A DNA stretch of 64,000 bases from an uncultured Candidatus Saccharibacteria bacterium (lineage in GTDB: Bacteria > Patescibacteriota > Minisyncoccia > Phycocordibacterales > SIBU01), in contig CAYSEN010000001.1 of the NCBI GenBank assembly GCA_964430335.1, positions 1,653 to 65,652 on the forward strand, in the 5' to 3' direction. Both the position numbers and the translations under genes were made by a program. The notes beneath the pieces were generated by a model. It searched no databases. It was not told the origin of the DNA and saw only the letters and a program-made list of their open reading frames with translations. Positions within the stretch are counted from its first letter, which is position 1, and each line of letters starts with the position of its first letter. This document shows positions 48,468 through 59,124 of the stretch, in pieces.

Positions 48468-50447
48468 TTAGTCTAAATATATAATTTTCCCTCCACCTGA
48501 AAACGTCTCTTCTTTTTCAGAAAGTTCCTCGTCTATGTCCATTAAGAACTCAGAAGGCATGTTTACTTGCTTTGAGCCGAAGATGGTCCTAACACTTGCA
48601 TAGGAAAGGTATAACTTTTTCTTGGCTCTGGTCAAGGCCACATAAAACAGTCTTCTCTCTTCCTCTGCTTGCCTTTCGTCGAATTTCCCCTTATCCATCT
48701 TTTTGTGAGGGAAAAGATCTTCTTCTAATCCAGTAATAAAAACATATTCAAATTCGAGTCCTTTAGCCGCGTGGACTGTCATTAGCTTTACTGCCTCTCG
48801 ATTTTTCATTAGTTCATCTTGATCTGAGGCCAGCGCCGCTTCTTCTAGTAATTTCAGTATCCCCTCCTCACTGTTTTCATAGACATCGAATTTAGTTGCA
48901 AAAGTCACCAATTCCTTAATGTTTTCAAGTCTTTCTTCTTCATCGCTACCACCCATTTGTAACTCGTGCTCAATGCCACTTAATTTTATAATTTGTTTTA
49001 TTGTTTGAGATGGTTTTTCGATGTTTGAAATAATTTTTATTTCCTCAAGTATTTTTTTAAAGTCTGAAACCTTTTTTCGGGTGGCCGAGGGCAGTGTGTC
49101 TTCCTGTCCAGCTAAAACTTTTAGAACTGTCACTTTACCCAAACCTCTTGCTGGTACATTTATAATTCGCTTTAAGTCCGAGAGACTCTCAGGGTTTAGA
49201 GAGGCTTTTAAGTACGCAATAATATCCTTGATTTCTTTTCTTTCGAAAAATCTGGTTCCTAAAACTTGGTAAGGAACAACTTGATTTAACATCGCCTCTT
49301 CAATAGCTCTTCCTTGGAAATTAGCTCTGTATAAAACGGCAATTTCTGAAGGCGAAACCCCTTTGTCCTCGATAAGTTGTCTTGATCTTATGGCTACAAA
49401 TTTAGCTTCATCGTTCTCGTCGTAGGCAGAAAGAACTCCAATTTTCTCCCCTTCACCGTTTTTGGTGAACAGGTTTTTTTCTCTCCTGACTTTGTTTTTA
49501 GCTATGACACGATTGGCGGCTGTTAAAATTGTTTGAGTCGAACGATAGTTTTCTTCAAGAAGTACCATTTTGGCTTCTGGATAATCTTTTTCAAATCCAA
49601 GAATATTTTTTATATCAGCTCCTCGCCAGCTATAAATAGTCTGGTCAATGTCACCCACTACACAGATATTTCGATTTTTCTCAGCTAAATATTTTGCAAT
49701 CAAATACTGTACCTTATTGGTGTCTTGATACTCATCAATGTGAATATACTTCCATTTGTTTTGATAGTGACCACGAACTTCCTCATCATTTTTAAGAAGG
49801 TTAGCGGTTTTTAAAAGCAAATCATCGAAATCGAGCGCCTTCTCTTTTGAGAGAGCTTCCTCGTAGTGTTTCCAGATAGATAATATGACACTCTGAACAT
49901 ATTCGCCGTCAGTTTTTTCTGCGAATCTATCCACTGTAACTCCCGAACCCTTTTCCCTACTAATTAAATTTTGAATTGAGCTTGGATCAAAATTCTTTTT
50001 ATCTATCCCTGCTTTATCCATGGAGTCCTTGATAATTTTTAGAGTGTCGGATTTATCTAAAATAGAAAAATGCATCGGAATACCGAGCTTTTTAGCGTTT
50101 TCTCTAATTATTTGAACGCCTAAAGAGTGGAAAGTGCACACGGTCGGTATGTTTCTAGATCTGAATTCGTATTCGCTCGAAAAACTAAACTCTGCTATTG
50201 GTAGATTTAAACCCTTATCTTCGTTTAACAGCTTGATTACCCTTTCACGCATCTCCTTCGCTGCTTTGTTGGTAAAGGTGACAGCAAGAATGCTCTTAGG
50301 GTCGGCTCCCTGTTTGATCAGGTGAAGGATTCGATGGGTTATTGTTTTAGTTTTACCTGCACCGGCACCTGCAATGATTAACATTGGTCCATCTGTATGA
50401 AGGACGGCCTCCTTTTGTTGTGAGTTTAATCCGGTTAGGTGTTCCAT
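48468..50447 (-). CDS. pcrA: UvrD/PcrA-family ATP-dependent DNA helicase
   Basis: AGAGAGKTKTITHRI (motif I), HIDEYQDTN (II), TVHAAKGLEF and the YVALTRAKKKL motif. Confidence 0.9.
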   Translation of the reverse strand: MEHLTGLNSQQKEAVLHTDGPMLIIAGAGAGKTKTITHRILHLIKQGADPKSILAVTFTNKAAKEMRERVIKLLNEDKGLNLPIAEFSFSSEYEFRSRNIPTVCTFHSLGVQIIRENAKKLGIPMHFSILDKSDTLKIIKDSMDKAGIDKKNFDPSSIQNLISREKGSGVTVDRFAEKTDGEYVQSVILSIWKHYEEALSKEKALDFDDLLLKTANLLKNDEEVRGHYQNKWKYIHIDEYQDTNKVQYLIAKYLAEKNRNICVVGDIDQTIYSWRGADIKNILGFEKDYPEAKMVLLEENYRSTQTILTAANRVIAKNKVRREKNLFTKNGEGEKIGVLSAYDENDEAKFVAIRSRQLIEDKGVSPSEIAVLYRANFQGRAIEEAMLNQVVPYQVLGTRFFERKEIKDIIAYLKASLNPESLSDLKRIINVPARGLGKVTVLKVLAGQEDTLPSATRKKVSDFKKILEEIKIISNIEKPSQTIKQIIKLSGIEHELQMGGSDEEERLENIKELVTFATKFDVYENSEEGILKLLEEAALASDQDELMKNREAVKLMTVHAAKGLEFEYVFITGLEEDLFPHKKMDKGKFDERQAEEERRLFYVALTRAKKKLYLSYASVRTIFGSKQVNMPSEFLMDIDEELSEKEETFSGGGKIIYLD

Positions 50448-50790
50448 GAAGCACTACTATATCATGGAGATTAAATTTGGAGTGTGAATTGCCACAAAAA
50501 AGTAAAAAATTTTGACCAAATTCTCATCCACAGGCTATCCACATTAACATTTTTATGTTGTTGACTTTTGGGTACCACAAGCTACACTTATTGGACCGCT
50601 CAGTTTTGATGATATTACCAATATATGGCTTGGTTGAGCCATTTCCAGAGAGGAAGGATGAAATAACTAAGAATATAGGCTTATTTTAGGAAACCCTCAC
50701 AAACCTTTTGAGTCATTTACCAAAATTTGGCTCAATAAGGCCATAAATTCGGCATTTAAAGGCCTTCTGTACTCAAGGCTGGTTTTTGCT

Positions 50791-51756
50791 TTGCTTGCCA
50801 TGGCTTCTCCTATAACAGCCCAGGCAAGCATTTTTTCTTTTGTTTCTGACATTTTTACAGATCACCAGTCTCAAAATACGGCTTCAGTAGTCACCTCTCA
50901 AAACATTGCCGTCCTTCAGGCTGATCTAAATCCGAACGCTAATCTTGCCAAAGGGGGCGGTGATATTATTGTTGTGAATGACACTGCTCTACTACCTGAA
51001 ACTGGACCTTCTGGAAGTATGGCTGATATTGAGGAAGGTCATTCAGATCAAATCAGTATCTACGTTGTCCGCCAAGGAGACACTCTTTCGCAAATAGCCA
51101 AAATGTTCGGTGTTACTGTAAACACTGTCATGTGGGCCAATGACGTTAGTGAAAAAACCTTAAAGCCGGGAGATCAGTTGGTCATTCTACCTATTTCTGG
51201 TGTTCGCTATACCATAAAAACTGGGGACACTCTTAAGAGTATTGCTACAAAGTACAAAGCCGATGCAAATGAAATTGTTCAGTACAATGATTTAAAGTCA
51301 GAGTCACCTCTTGCAATAGGTACAACGATTATCATTCCTGATGGAGAAATCGTAATGCCTAAAACTAGTCAGCCAACATCAAAACTTCACGGTGCAGGTG
51401 GTCCAAATTATGTTGGTTATTACGCCAAGCCACTGTTGACCTACACAAAGAGTCAGGGACTTCACGGTTACAACGCTGTGGACCTTGCTGCTCCTATCGG
51501 CACTCCTATCATGGCTTCAGCTGAAGGTGATGTAATCATTAGCAAGAATTATGGTTGGAATGGTGGCTACGGTGAATATGTTGTTATCTCACATCCAAAC
51601 GGAACACAAACTCTTTATGCACACATGAGCAGTAACCTTGCTTACCAAGGTATGCATGTTTACAAAGGACAGGTAATCGGCTTTGTTGGATCGACCGGAA
51701 AATCTACTGGTAGCCACCTTCACTTCGAAGTTAGAGGAGCAAAAAATCCATTTTAA
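50791..51756 (+). CDS. LysM-repeat M23 metallopeptidase (cell-wall hydrolase)
   Basis: Three LysM-like repeats (YVVRQGDTLSQIAKMFGV etc.). M23 motifs HGYNAVD and GSTGKSTGSHLHFEVR. True start probably upstream of the listed TTG. Confidence 0.85.
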   Translation: MLAMASPITAQASIFSFVSDIFTDHQSQNTASVVTSQNIAVLQADLNPNANLAKGGGDIIVVNDTALLPETGPSGSMADIEEGHSDQISIYVVRQGDTLSQIAKMFGVTVNTVMWANDVSEKTLKPGDQLVILPISGVRYTIKTGDTLKSIATKYKADANEIVQYNDLKSESPLAIGTTIIIPDGEIVMPKTSQPTSKLHGAGGPNYVGYYAKPLLTYTKSQGLHGYNAVDLAAPIGTPIMASAEGDVIISKNYGWNGGYGEYVVISHPNGTQTLYAHMSSNLAYQGMHVYKGQVIGFVGSTGKSTGSHLHFEVRGAKNPF

Positions 51757-51783
51757 AAAAACACCTCTAGGTGTTTTTTTTGT

Positions 51784-53337
51784 TTAATAGTTATTAAGTT
51801 GTTTTGGTCTGTACTGCATTGCTTCAAGTACGTGCTTTTCCTCGATCTCTTCTTTAGAGTCTAAATCTGCGATCGTGCGAGCCAGTTTTATCACTCGGTG
51901 GTATGCGCGACCAGATAAACCTAGTTTTTCAGAAGACATATTTAGGATTTTAGTAACGCTTTCACTTAGGTTAATAATATTTGAAATGTCTCTAGCGGTC
52001 ATTTCACTATTTGTATTTATCGGCCGTCCGTGCTTTTTGAATCGGCTCTCTTGAATTTTTCTGGCGTTTTCAACTCTTTTAGCAATATCTTTTGTACTCT
52101 CTGCCCTCTCCTTTTTAGAAAGTGTTTGGTGTGAGATACGTGGCACCTCAACCCAGAGGTCGATACGGTCAATTATTGGACCGGAGATTTTATCTTTGTA
52201 TCTTTTGAGTGTAATTGGTGTGCAGATACATTCTTTTTCCTGTGAACCATAGTTTCCACACGGGCAGGGATTCATGGCCGCAATCAAAATAAAATTTGCT
52301 GGAAATTGTACCGTTCCCTTCGCTCTAGATACACTTATGACTCGTTCTTCAAGGGGTTCTCTTAAGGCATCAATTGCACGACGCTCAAATTCCGCAAACT
52401 CATCAAGAAATAGCACGCCGTGATGAGCTAGTGTTACTTCTCCCGGTTTAGGATTTACACCTCCTCCGACTAGTGAAACATAAGAGGCAGTATGGTGAGG
52501 AGATCTTAGTGGAGGTTCTGACATCATGTAGCCTTTCAAAATGCCCGCAACGGAATGAATGGCTGTAGTATCCAAAATTTTTTCAAAAGTGAGTGGTGGA
52601 ATGATATTTTTAAATGCCTTAGCCAACATGGTTTTGCCGGTTCCTGGAGGTCCAAACATGGCGATGTTGTGTCCACCTGATGCGGCAATTTCTAAGCCTC
52701 TTTTTGCTGTATCCTGACCTTTGATATCTGCGAAGTCTACATCAAAGTTTTTAGATTCTGTTTCAATCTCTGTTTTTGGCTGTGGAACAATGGTTTTACC
52801 TACTTTGTCAGGAGTGGCACTTGTGGCCAAGTGTTCGATAATCTGACTGAGGTCTTTTACGCCGTAGACCTTGATCCCTCCAATTAAGGCCGCTTCTTTC
52901 GCATTTTCCTCAGGTACATATATTTCCAAAAAACCACTATCCTTAGCTTTTCTAGATAGTGGAAGAACCCCGTTTATTTTTCTTAGTTTACCGTCTAGAG
53001 AAAGTTCACCCAAAAAAACTTTGTCTTCAGCTTCAAATTTTATTTCCTCTGATGCCTTTAGATACGCGATTGCTATAGCTAGATCAAAAACAGCCCCTTC
53101 TTTTTTCAGTTCTGCAGGAGCTAGGGATATGGTGATTTTTTGGTTTTTCTGTTTTGGAGATTTAAATCCAGAATTTTTAATTGCAGCCGACACTCTGTCT
53201 CTGGATTCCTCTACCCCTTTGTCTGGTAGACCAACAATCGAAAAAGAGTGGAGTCCTTTAGAAAGATCGACTTCAACAGTAATTATTTGTGAGTTTAAAA
53301 TATTTGTCTGAGCACTGTATACTTTGGCAAAAGACAT
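51784..53337 (-). CDS. comM: Mg-chelatase-like AAA+ protein YifB/ComM
   Basis: Lon-like N-terminal domain, GPPGTGKTMLA, VLFLDEFAEF, CPCG zinc motif. Confidence 0.9.
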   Translation of the reverse strand: MSFAKVYSAQTNILNSQIITVEVDLSKGLHSFSIVGLPDKGVEESRDRVSAAIKNSGFKSPKQKNQKITISLAPAELKKEGAVFDLAIAIAYLKASEEIKFEAEDKVFLGELSLDGKLRKINGVLPLSRKAKDSGFLEIYVPEENAKEAALIGGIKVYGVKDLSQIIEHLATSATPDKVGKTIVPQPKTEIETESKNFDVDFADIKGQDTAKRGLEIAASGGHNIAMFGPPGTGKTMLAKAFKNIIPPLTFEKILDTTAIHSVAGILKGYMMSEPPLRSPHHTASYVSLVGGGVNPKPGEVTLAHHGVLFLDEFAEFERRAIDALREPLEERVISVSRAKGTVQFPANFILIAAMNPCPCGNYGSQEKECICTPITLKRYKDKISGPIIDRIDLWVEVPRISHQTLSKKERAESTKDIAKRVENARKIQESRFKKHGRPINTNSEMTARDISNIINLSESVTKILNMSSEKLGLSGRAYHRVIKLARTIADLDSKEEIEEKHVLEAMQYRPKQLNNY

Positions 53338-53355
53338 TTTATTTTAATAAAGTCT

Positions 53356-53718
53356 TTATTTCATATGAGCCACACAGGTGCTGGCTGCTGGGTTAGCTTC
53401 CAATCTCTCTTTTTCAATTGGATGATGGTCTGCTTCGCATAGTCCATAAGTCCCCTTTTCAATTTTCTCTAAAGCTTTTTTGATTTCGTTAAATCTAATT
53501 TCCAACTGCTTTAAAATCGCGGTATTTTCCTCATAAGATTCTATGCTATCAGCCACGTCATTTGAGTCAGACGCTAAGGTGTCCATTTGGTCTGGTTTTG
53601 CTTCCCAATCAGATGGGTTCGATGGATTGATTCGGCCAATAGACTCTAATTCTTTTTCAACGACTTTCAGTTCAGATTCTAATAGTGTTTTGAAATGTTT
53701 TGTATTTTCCATAAACAA
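53356..53718 (-). CDS. DksA/TraR-family zinc-finger protein (degenerate finger)
   Basis: Coiled-coil N-terminal part and C-terminal GLCEADHHPIEKERLEANPAASTCVAH. Confidence 0.55.
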   Translation of the reverse strand: MFMENTKHFKTLLESELKVVEKELESIGRINPSNPSDWEAKPDQMDTLASDSNDVADSIESYEENTAILKQLEIRFNEIKKALEKIEKGTYGLCEADHHPIEKERLEANPAASTCVAHMK

Positions 53719-53735
53719 ATCATAACACCAGATGT

Positions 53736-54617
53736 TTATTGCACAAGTTTTTTGGTGAGCAATCTGGTTATCACCTGATCTAGTGTTTCAGGGTTGGTTG
53801 CGATAATAATAGTATTTTTGTCTAAGAATGAATAAATGAGGTTTATTTTTCTATTTGAATCTCTCAGGGCTCTTGTGTCTCTGTTTTTATATACAACGTC
53901 CTCAAAATCCTTATATTTTTTAATAAGATTTTCGCTGGTTGTGGCCACAACTTCTGCTTCAGGAGCAAAAAATATGCCACCTAGATTATTTTTTATATCT
54001 TTTTCCCAAGAAAGCATCCCGGAAAAAGCTCCTTGGTAATAGTTGGTTTTAAGTATTAAAAATACTTCATTTTTACTCAGCACGTGAACTCCTAGTGTGA
54101 ATTTGTCGTCTAGTGTCCTTAGAAAACTATCAGGTGCGTCTGTTTCTAATAAACTGAAGAACTGACTGGTGGTGATTTTGGTATTTTTTTCATCAATAAG
54201 TTTAAATTCAACCATCGAGCCATTTTTTTCCTTTTGTGATTTTATTTCTGTTGAGATGGCCTCGATAAGTCTGTATCGATTCATCCCAGAAATATTTATT
54301 GTTTTTTCGTTCTCAGTTGAGATCAGACCTTGTTCACTTATCGGGGTCACTGCCTTTTGAGGAAGAATGACGTTTCTGTATTGATAAATATAATAAAGTG
54401 CTCCAGAACCTATTAGGATAAACAAAATACTAATGGTTAAAATTAGTTTTGTGTGATTATGTTCCGGAGGGTCATCTGCAATCATCTGGGCATTTTTTCT
54501 GTCATTCTCAGCGATGGCAATTTTTGAGAGAGTTCCGTCACCTGATTTAATCAACCCTTCCACGTCACCTTTGAAAGTGCGAATCGGGCTTACTTGTTCG
54601 TCTGGTTTTTCATCCAT
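53736..54617 (-). CDS. hypothetical single-pass membrane protein
   Basis: ATG at 54617 (MDEKPDEQ) chosen because the longer ORF runs into the pnp terminator. One TM helix (LILTISILFILIGSGALYYIY). Confidence 0.55.
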   Translation of the reverse strand: MDEKPDEQVSPIRTFKGDVEGLIKSGDGTLSKIAIAENDRKNAQMIADDPPEHNHTKLILTISILFILIGSGALYYIYQYRNVILPQKAVTPISEQGLISTENEKTINISGMNRYRLIEAISTEIKSQKEKNGSMVEFKLIDEKNTKITTSQFFSLLETDAPDSFLRTLDDKFTLGVHVLSKNEVFLILKTNYYQGAFSGMLSWEKDIKNNLGGIFFAPEAEVVATTSENLIKKYKDFEDVVYKNRDTRALRDSNRKINLIYSFLDKNTIIIATNPETLDQVITRLLTKKLVQ

Positions 54618-54663
54618 GCTTATATTTTCGCAGACACTTCGATTGTAAGCAAGAAATAAAAAC

Positions 54664-54691
54664 AAAAAACACCCTTGTCGGGGTGTTTTTT
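54664..54691 (-). terminator. intrinsic terminator after pnp
   Basis: aaaaaacaccc-ttgtcg-gggtgtttttt. Confidence 0.8.
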
Positions 54692-54695
54692 GTTT

Positions 54696-56816
54696 TTATT
54701 TTTGTGCCGGTTTCTTAATAAAGTTTGGATCGGCGTCCTTGATTGATAATTTTATTCTATCTCTTTCGTCGATTTCTTTTACGATTACTGGGACAACATC
54801 TCCCTCTTTTAAGTATGATGCCACCTGATCAATTCTAAACGGTGCTATCTCTGATATGTGAACTAAACCTTCTGTAGAGCCACCAATTTTTACGAACGCT
54901 CCGAACTCAGCGATTTTTACGACCACACCTTGGAATCTCTCACCTCTTTTGTACTCGTGTGTCATGTCTTCGATAATCTTTTTGGCCTTTTCGGCTGTGC
55001 CGTTTTTACCTGTAATGTAAACTGTTCCATCATCTTCTATATCGATACCGTCAACTCCGGTTTTTTCCTTTATGTCGTTAATAGTTTTTCCGCCAGTACC
55101 AATCACAAGTCCGATTTGATCCACTTTTATCTTTACAAGAAGAATCTTCGGAGCGTTTGGTGAAATATCTGCTCTAGGGAGATTAATTTCGGCTAACATG
55201 ACACCTAGGATTTTTAATCTGGCCTGTTTAGCCTTTTCAAAAGCCTCCTCCAAAACATGAAGTGGAATTCCATCTACTTTTACATCCATTTGCACTGCTG
55301 TTACACCTTTTGTTGTTCCCGCTACTTTAAAATCCATATCTCCGTGATGGTCCTCTGGTCCTTGAATATCAGTGAGAACCTTATACTCTTTAGAATTTTT
55401 CATCATTAGACCTGAGGCGATTCCTGCAACAGGAGCAGATATTGGCACTCCAGCATCCATCAGCGCTAGGGTTGAACCACAAACACTACCCATCGAAGTT
55501 GAACCATTTGAAGCAAATGCTTCAGAAACAATTCTAATGGTGTATGGGAAACTGTCTTTGTGAGGTAAGACCGGTACAAGAGCTTTTTCAGCAAGTGCGC
55601 CGTGGCCAATCATTCTTCTGTTAGTCGAACCAATTCGACCTGTTTCGCCAGAAGAAAATGGTGGAAAGTTATAATGATGCATGTATCTCTTTTTTGTCTG
55701 TGACTCCATTCCTTCAATCACCTGAGATTCACCAGGACCTCCTAGTGTAAGAGCGGATAAAATATGAGTACCTCCTCTGTAGAAGATTCCTGAACCGTGC
55801 AAAATAGGAGAAACTCCCCCAGCTTTAGCAAAAAGCGGTCGTAGTTCGTCCATTTTTCTATTATCAGGTCTCTTGTCATTTTTGATGGCCTCTTCGTGAA
55901 TAAGGTCATTTACTCTTTCTTCAAAATATCCATCTGCTACTCCTGACTTTTGCTCAGGTAATTTCTCCTTGAAAAGATTCATCCATTCTGATTTAAGTTC
56001 GTATATTTTAGCGTTACCAGGTTCACCACACATGACAAAATCTGCCATCTTGCCTTCGATGTTTTGAGCAAATAGGTCAACAATCTCTTTTGAAACCTCA
56101 GGTTTAGGAATTATTTTCTTGGTCTTGCCTATTTCTTTCACTACCATTTTCTGAAATTCTTGAAGTTTCTCGATTTCTTCAACCGCTTTTTTAAGTGCGG
56201 ACATTAGAATTGGCTCTGCGATTTCCTTACCCCCAACTTCAATCATGTTGATATTCCCATCTTTTCCACAAGCGACTATGTCAGCATCGTAATTTTCCGC
56301 CTCTCGTGTTTTGTAATTAGGGTTAATCACAAAGTTATTGGTTTCCTTCTCAATTCCAATTCTTACTGAAGAAACCGGTCCATTCCAAGGGATGTCTGAA
56401 GTGCTAAGAGCAAGCGATGCTCCCAAGACCCCTAAAACATCTGGATCGTCCTCATCGATTGATAGTACGGTTATGACTACTTGAACCTCATGACGAATGT
56501 ATTGGTCAAAAAGTGGTCTGATTGTTCGGTCGACAATTCTTCCGGAAAGGATAGCTTCGTCGGTTGGTCTTCCCTCTCTTCTCACAAAACGACTACCTAA
56601 AATTTTACCTCCAGCATAAAATCGTTCCTCGTAATCAACAGTAAGAGGAAACCAGTCGCCCCCTTCTTTTGCGTTTTTTGACATTACTGCTGTGGCTAAA
56701 AGTACAGTATTACCATATCGGATTATCACCGAACCATTGGCTTGTTCAGCCAAATCACTAAACTCTGCAGTAAGAGTCTTCCCTCCCAACTCTATCGAGA
56801 ATTCTTTTTTCTTCAT
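54696..56816 (-). CDS. pnp: polynucleotide phosphorylase
   Basis: Two RNase PH-like domains, a KH region (GGKTINDIKEKTG) and an S1 region (GVVVKIAEFGAFVKI). ATG at 56816 (MKKKEFS). Confidence 0.95.
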   Translation of the reverse strand: MKKKEFSIELGGKTLTAEFSDLAEQANGSVIIRYGNTVLLATAVMSKNAKEGGDWFPLTVDYEERFYAGGKILGSRFVRREGRPTDEAILSGRIVDRTIRPLFDQYIRHEVQVVITVLSIDEDDPDVLGVLGASLALSTSDIPWNGPVSSVRIGIEKETNNFVINPNYKTREAENYDADIVACGKDGNINMIEVGGKEIAEPILMSALKKAVEEIEKLQEFQKMVVKEIGKTKKIIPKPEVSKEIVDLFAQNIEGKMADFVMCGEPGNAKIYELKSEWMNLFKEKLPEQKSGVADGYFEERVNDLIHEEAIKNDKRPDNRKMDELRPLFAKAGGVSPILHGSGIFYRGGTHILSALTLGGPGESQVIEGMESQTKKRYMHHYNFPPFSSGETGRIGSTNRRMIGHGALAEKALVPVLPHKDSFPYTIRIVSEAFASNGSTSMGSVCGSTLALMDAGVPISAPVAGIASGLMMKNSKEYKVLTDIQGPEDHHGDMDFKVAGTTKGVTAVQMDVKVDGIPLHVLEEAFEKAKQARLKILGVMLAEINLPRADISPNAPKILLVKIKVDQIGLVIGTGGKTINDIKEKTGVDGIDIEDDGTVYITGKNGTAEKAKKIIEDMTHEYKRGERFQGVVVKIAEFGAFVKIGGSTEGLVHISEIAPFRIDQVASYLKEGDVVPVIVKEIDERDRIKLSIKDADPNFIKKPAQK

Positions 56817-57087
56817 AACATTTTGAGACCTTCGAATCTGCCCCGTAGTGAATTCAATGGAACTCACTATATGGTAGAATTTTCAACTCTTGGCACTTTC
56901 CTCGATTTTCAAGGGAAATATCAAAAATTGAATTCTACTTTGGGGTTTTAGGTTTCGTCCAAACGTTGTTTGGGCAAAAACTACCTATTCGAAGACCTCG
57001 GCTAACTTTTAATGTTTAGAGTTTAGCAGAAATGTGAACATTTTAATATTTGACACTTATCTGTCTTTCTTGCTTAGAGAAACAAAA

Positions 57088-57123
57088 GAAAATGCCCGGC
57101 GCGTTTCGCGCCGGGCATTTTCT
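57088..57123 (-). terminator. intrinsic terminator after NYN-domain gene
   Basis: aaaatgcccggcgcg-tttc-gcgccgggcatttt, with a T-run on the minus strand. Confidence 0.85.
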
Positions 57124-57696
57124 TTATTCTTCCGAAGGCTTTCTACCGCCCTCCTCAAATTTTTCAACTCTTTCTGGTCTCCTACTTGTGGTACCCATCA
57201 AGTATTTTCTCGGATTTTCATCTAAATCAATAAATTCATCAGCAGCTTCTTTCAATCTTCCAGAGGCGGATTTTCCAAAGGTCACCACTTCTACTTGGCA
57301 ACCTTCGTGAACTTGTAAATATTCTACGAGTGGTACAAAGTCACCGTCTCCTGTTACGAGAATCACAGCATCTAATTTAGGAGCTAATTTAATTGCATCA
57401 ACTGCCATCCCTACATCCCAATCGGCTTTCTTGGCTCCACCAGCAAAAATCTGCAAATCTTTTGTTTTTGCTTCGATTCCCATTTTAGCTAAGGCCTCAA
57501 AAAAGCCCTTTTCATCTCCAGATTCGGTGGTGATGACATAGGCCATGGCACGGATGAGTGCCCTACCTGCCAAAGCGTCTTTAACTACTTGTCCAAAGTT
57601 TACACGGGCGTTATAGAGATTTCTCGCTGTGTGATATAGATTTTGCGTATCAATAAAAATACCAACCCTCTGTTCCTTGTGTTTAATTACAGTCAT
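57124..57696 (-). CDS. NYN/LabA-like (DUF88) domain protein
   Basis: VGIFIDTQNLY and ILVTGDGDFVPLV motifs typical of LabA-like NYN nucleases. Confidence 0.7.
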   Translation of the reverse strand: MTVIKHKEQRVGIFIDTQNLYHTARNLYNARVNFGQVVKDALAGRALIRAMAYVITTESGDEKGFFEALAKMGIEAKTKDLQIFAGGAKKADWDVGMAVDAIKLAPKLDAVILVTGDGDFVPLVEYLQVHEGCQVEVVTFGKSASGRLKEAADEFIDLDENPRKYLMGTTSRRPERVEKFEEGGRKPSEE

Positions 57697-57789
57697 AAAA
57701 ATAGACTTCGCTCTTAATTGAGCTTACTTATTAAAAATTACTTAGTTAACTATAGACCAGTATAGCATGAGGTTGCTATACAAATTTAT

Positions 57790-58059
57790 TTAAATTTTCT
57801 TGAGTTCGAGTTTTTTTACCACAGCGTTGTATCGCTTGATATTTTTCTTCTCAAGATACTTCATATGAGATTGTCTATCGGCAACCATAGCCAAAAGTCC
57901 TCTCCTTGAATGTTTATCCTTTGCGTTTTTCTTTAAATGTGAAGCTAGAGCCTCGATTTTCTTGGTAAGTAAAGCAATCTGGACTTCAGAAGAACCAGTA
58001 TCTTTATCGTGAATCGCCACCTCTTTTATAGTTTTTTGTTTCTTGGTCTTGGTTAACAT
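57790..58059 (-). CDS. rpsO: 30S ribosomal protein S15
   Basis: DTGSSEVQIALLTKKI ... KDKHSRRGLL ... RYNAVVKKL signature. ATG at 58059. Confidence 0.9.
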   Translation of the reverse strand: MLTKTKKQKTIKEVAIHDKDTGSSEVQIALLTKKIEALASHLKKNAKDKHSRRGLLAMVADRQSHMKYLEKKNIKRYNAVVKKLELKKI

Positions 58060-58133
58060 GTGCGAAATGATAGCACAAAACAAAATTTTACGCAAGTCTT
58101 TATTTATGTTCCCTTTTATAGGTTATAATTATT

Positions 58134-59072
58134 GTGCGACACGTTATGAAAAACGAAATTGAGAGCCTAAAAAGGCAATTTTTGGAATATATCGAGATAG
58201 AAAAGGGCCGGGCTATAAGAACCGTAGAGAATTATGACCATTATTTGACGGTTTTTATCAGACAGACCAAGGTCAGCGGTCCTAAAGATATAACCGACGA
58301 CAACGTCAGGGATTTTCGTATTTGGTTGAATAGACAATCAAACGGCAATAACCGCGCCACTGGGGACACTATGAAAAAGAAGACCCAGAACTATTATCTA
58401 ATAGCTCTGAGGAGTTTTTTAAAGTTTTTGGCCAAAAGAGGTGTCACTGCCCTGCCGGCGGATCATATCGAACTAGCAAAGGTTGGAGAAAGGCAAATAG
58501 ATGTAATATCTAAGGATGAATTAAAAAGATTGTTTGATGCTCCAAACAAGGAAAAGAATCTAGAAAGAAAGTTTCGCGATAAAGCAATCTTGGAAATGTT
58601 GTTTTCCACTGGTTTGCGTGTTTCTGAGCTTTGCTCATTAACTAATGATCTTGATTTACGTTTAGATGAATTTTCTGTTAGAGGAAAAGGAGGCAAGGTC
58701 AGGGTTGTTTTTTTGTCCGATGAAGCTAGGCACTCAGTAAAGGAGTATCTGCACCTACGTAAAGACATGTCCAATGCGCTTTTTGTTAAATTAAGTGATG
58801 AAACAGCTAAAAATGGTGATGTTACAGGTTTAACTCGGCGATCTGTAGAAAGAATTGTAAAAAGATACGCAACTATTGCTGGAATCTCAAAAAAAGTCAC
58901 CCCTCACGTCATTCGTCATGTGTTTGCTACGGATTTGCTTTCAAATGGTGCTGATATAAGGTCTGTGCAGGCCATGTTGGGCCACGCAAATATAGGCACA
59001 ACTCAGATTTACACTCATGTTACCGACAAACACCTGCGAGACGTGCACAAAAAATTTCACAATAAAAGCTAA
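58134..59072 (+). CDS. tyrosine site-specific recombinase XerC/XerD family
   Basis: Catalytic region HVIRHVFATDLL and LGHANIGTTQIYTHV. Alternative ATG start at 58146. Confidence 0.85.
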   Translation: MRHVMKNEIESLKRQFLEYIEIEKGRAIRTVENYDHYLTVFIRQTKVSGPKDITDDNVRDFRIWLNRQSNGNNRATGDTMKKKTQNYYLIALRSFLKFLAKRGVTALPADHIELAKVGERQIDVISKDELKRLFDAPNKEKNLERKFRDKAILEMLFSTGLRVSELCSLTNDLDLRLDEFSVRGKGGKVRVVFLSDEARHSVKEYLHLRKDMSNALFVKLSDETAKNGDVTGLTRRSVERIVKRYATIAGISKKVTPHVIRHVFATDLLSNGADIRSVQAMLGHANIGTTQIYTHVTDKHLRDVHKKFHNKS

Positions 59073-59109
59073 AAAATGCCTTCGAAACTTCGTTTCGAAG
59101 GCATTTTTT
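59071..59109 (+). terminator. intrinsic terminator after recombinase gene
   Basis: aaaaaatgccttcgaaac-ttcg-tttcgaaggcatttttt. Confidence 0.85.
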
Positions 59110-59124
59110 GTTACTATCATGTGT

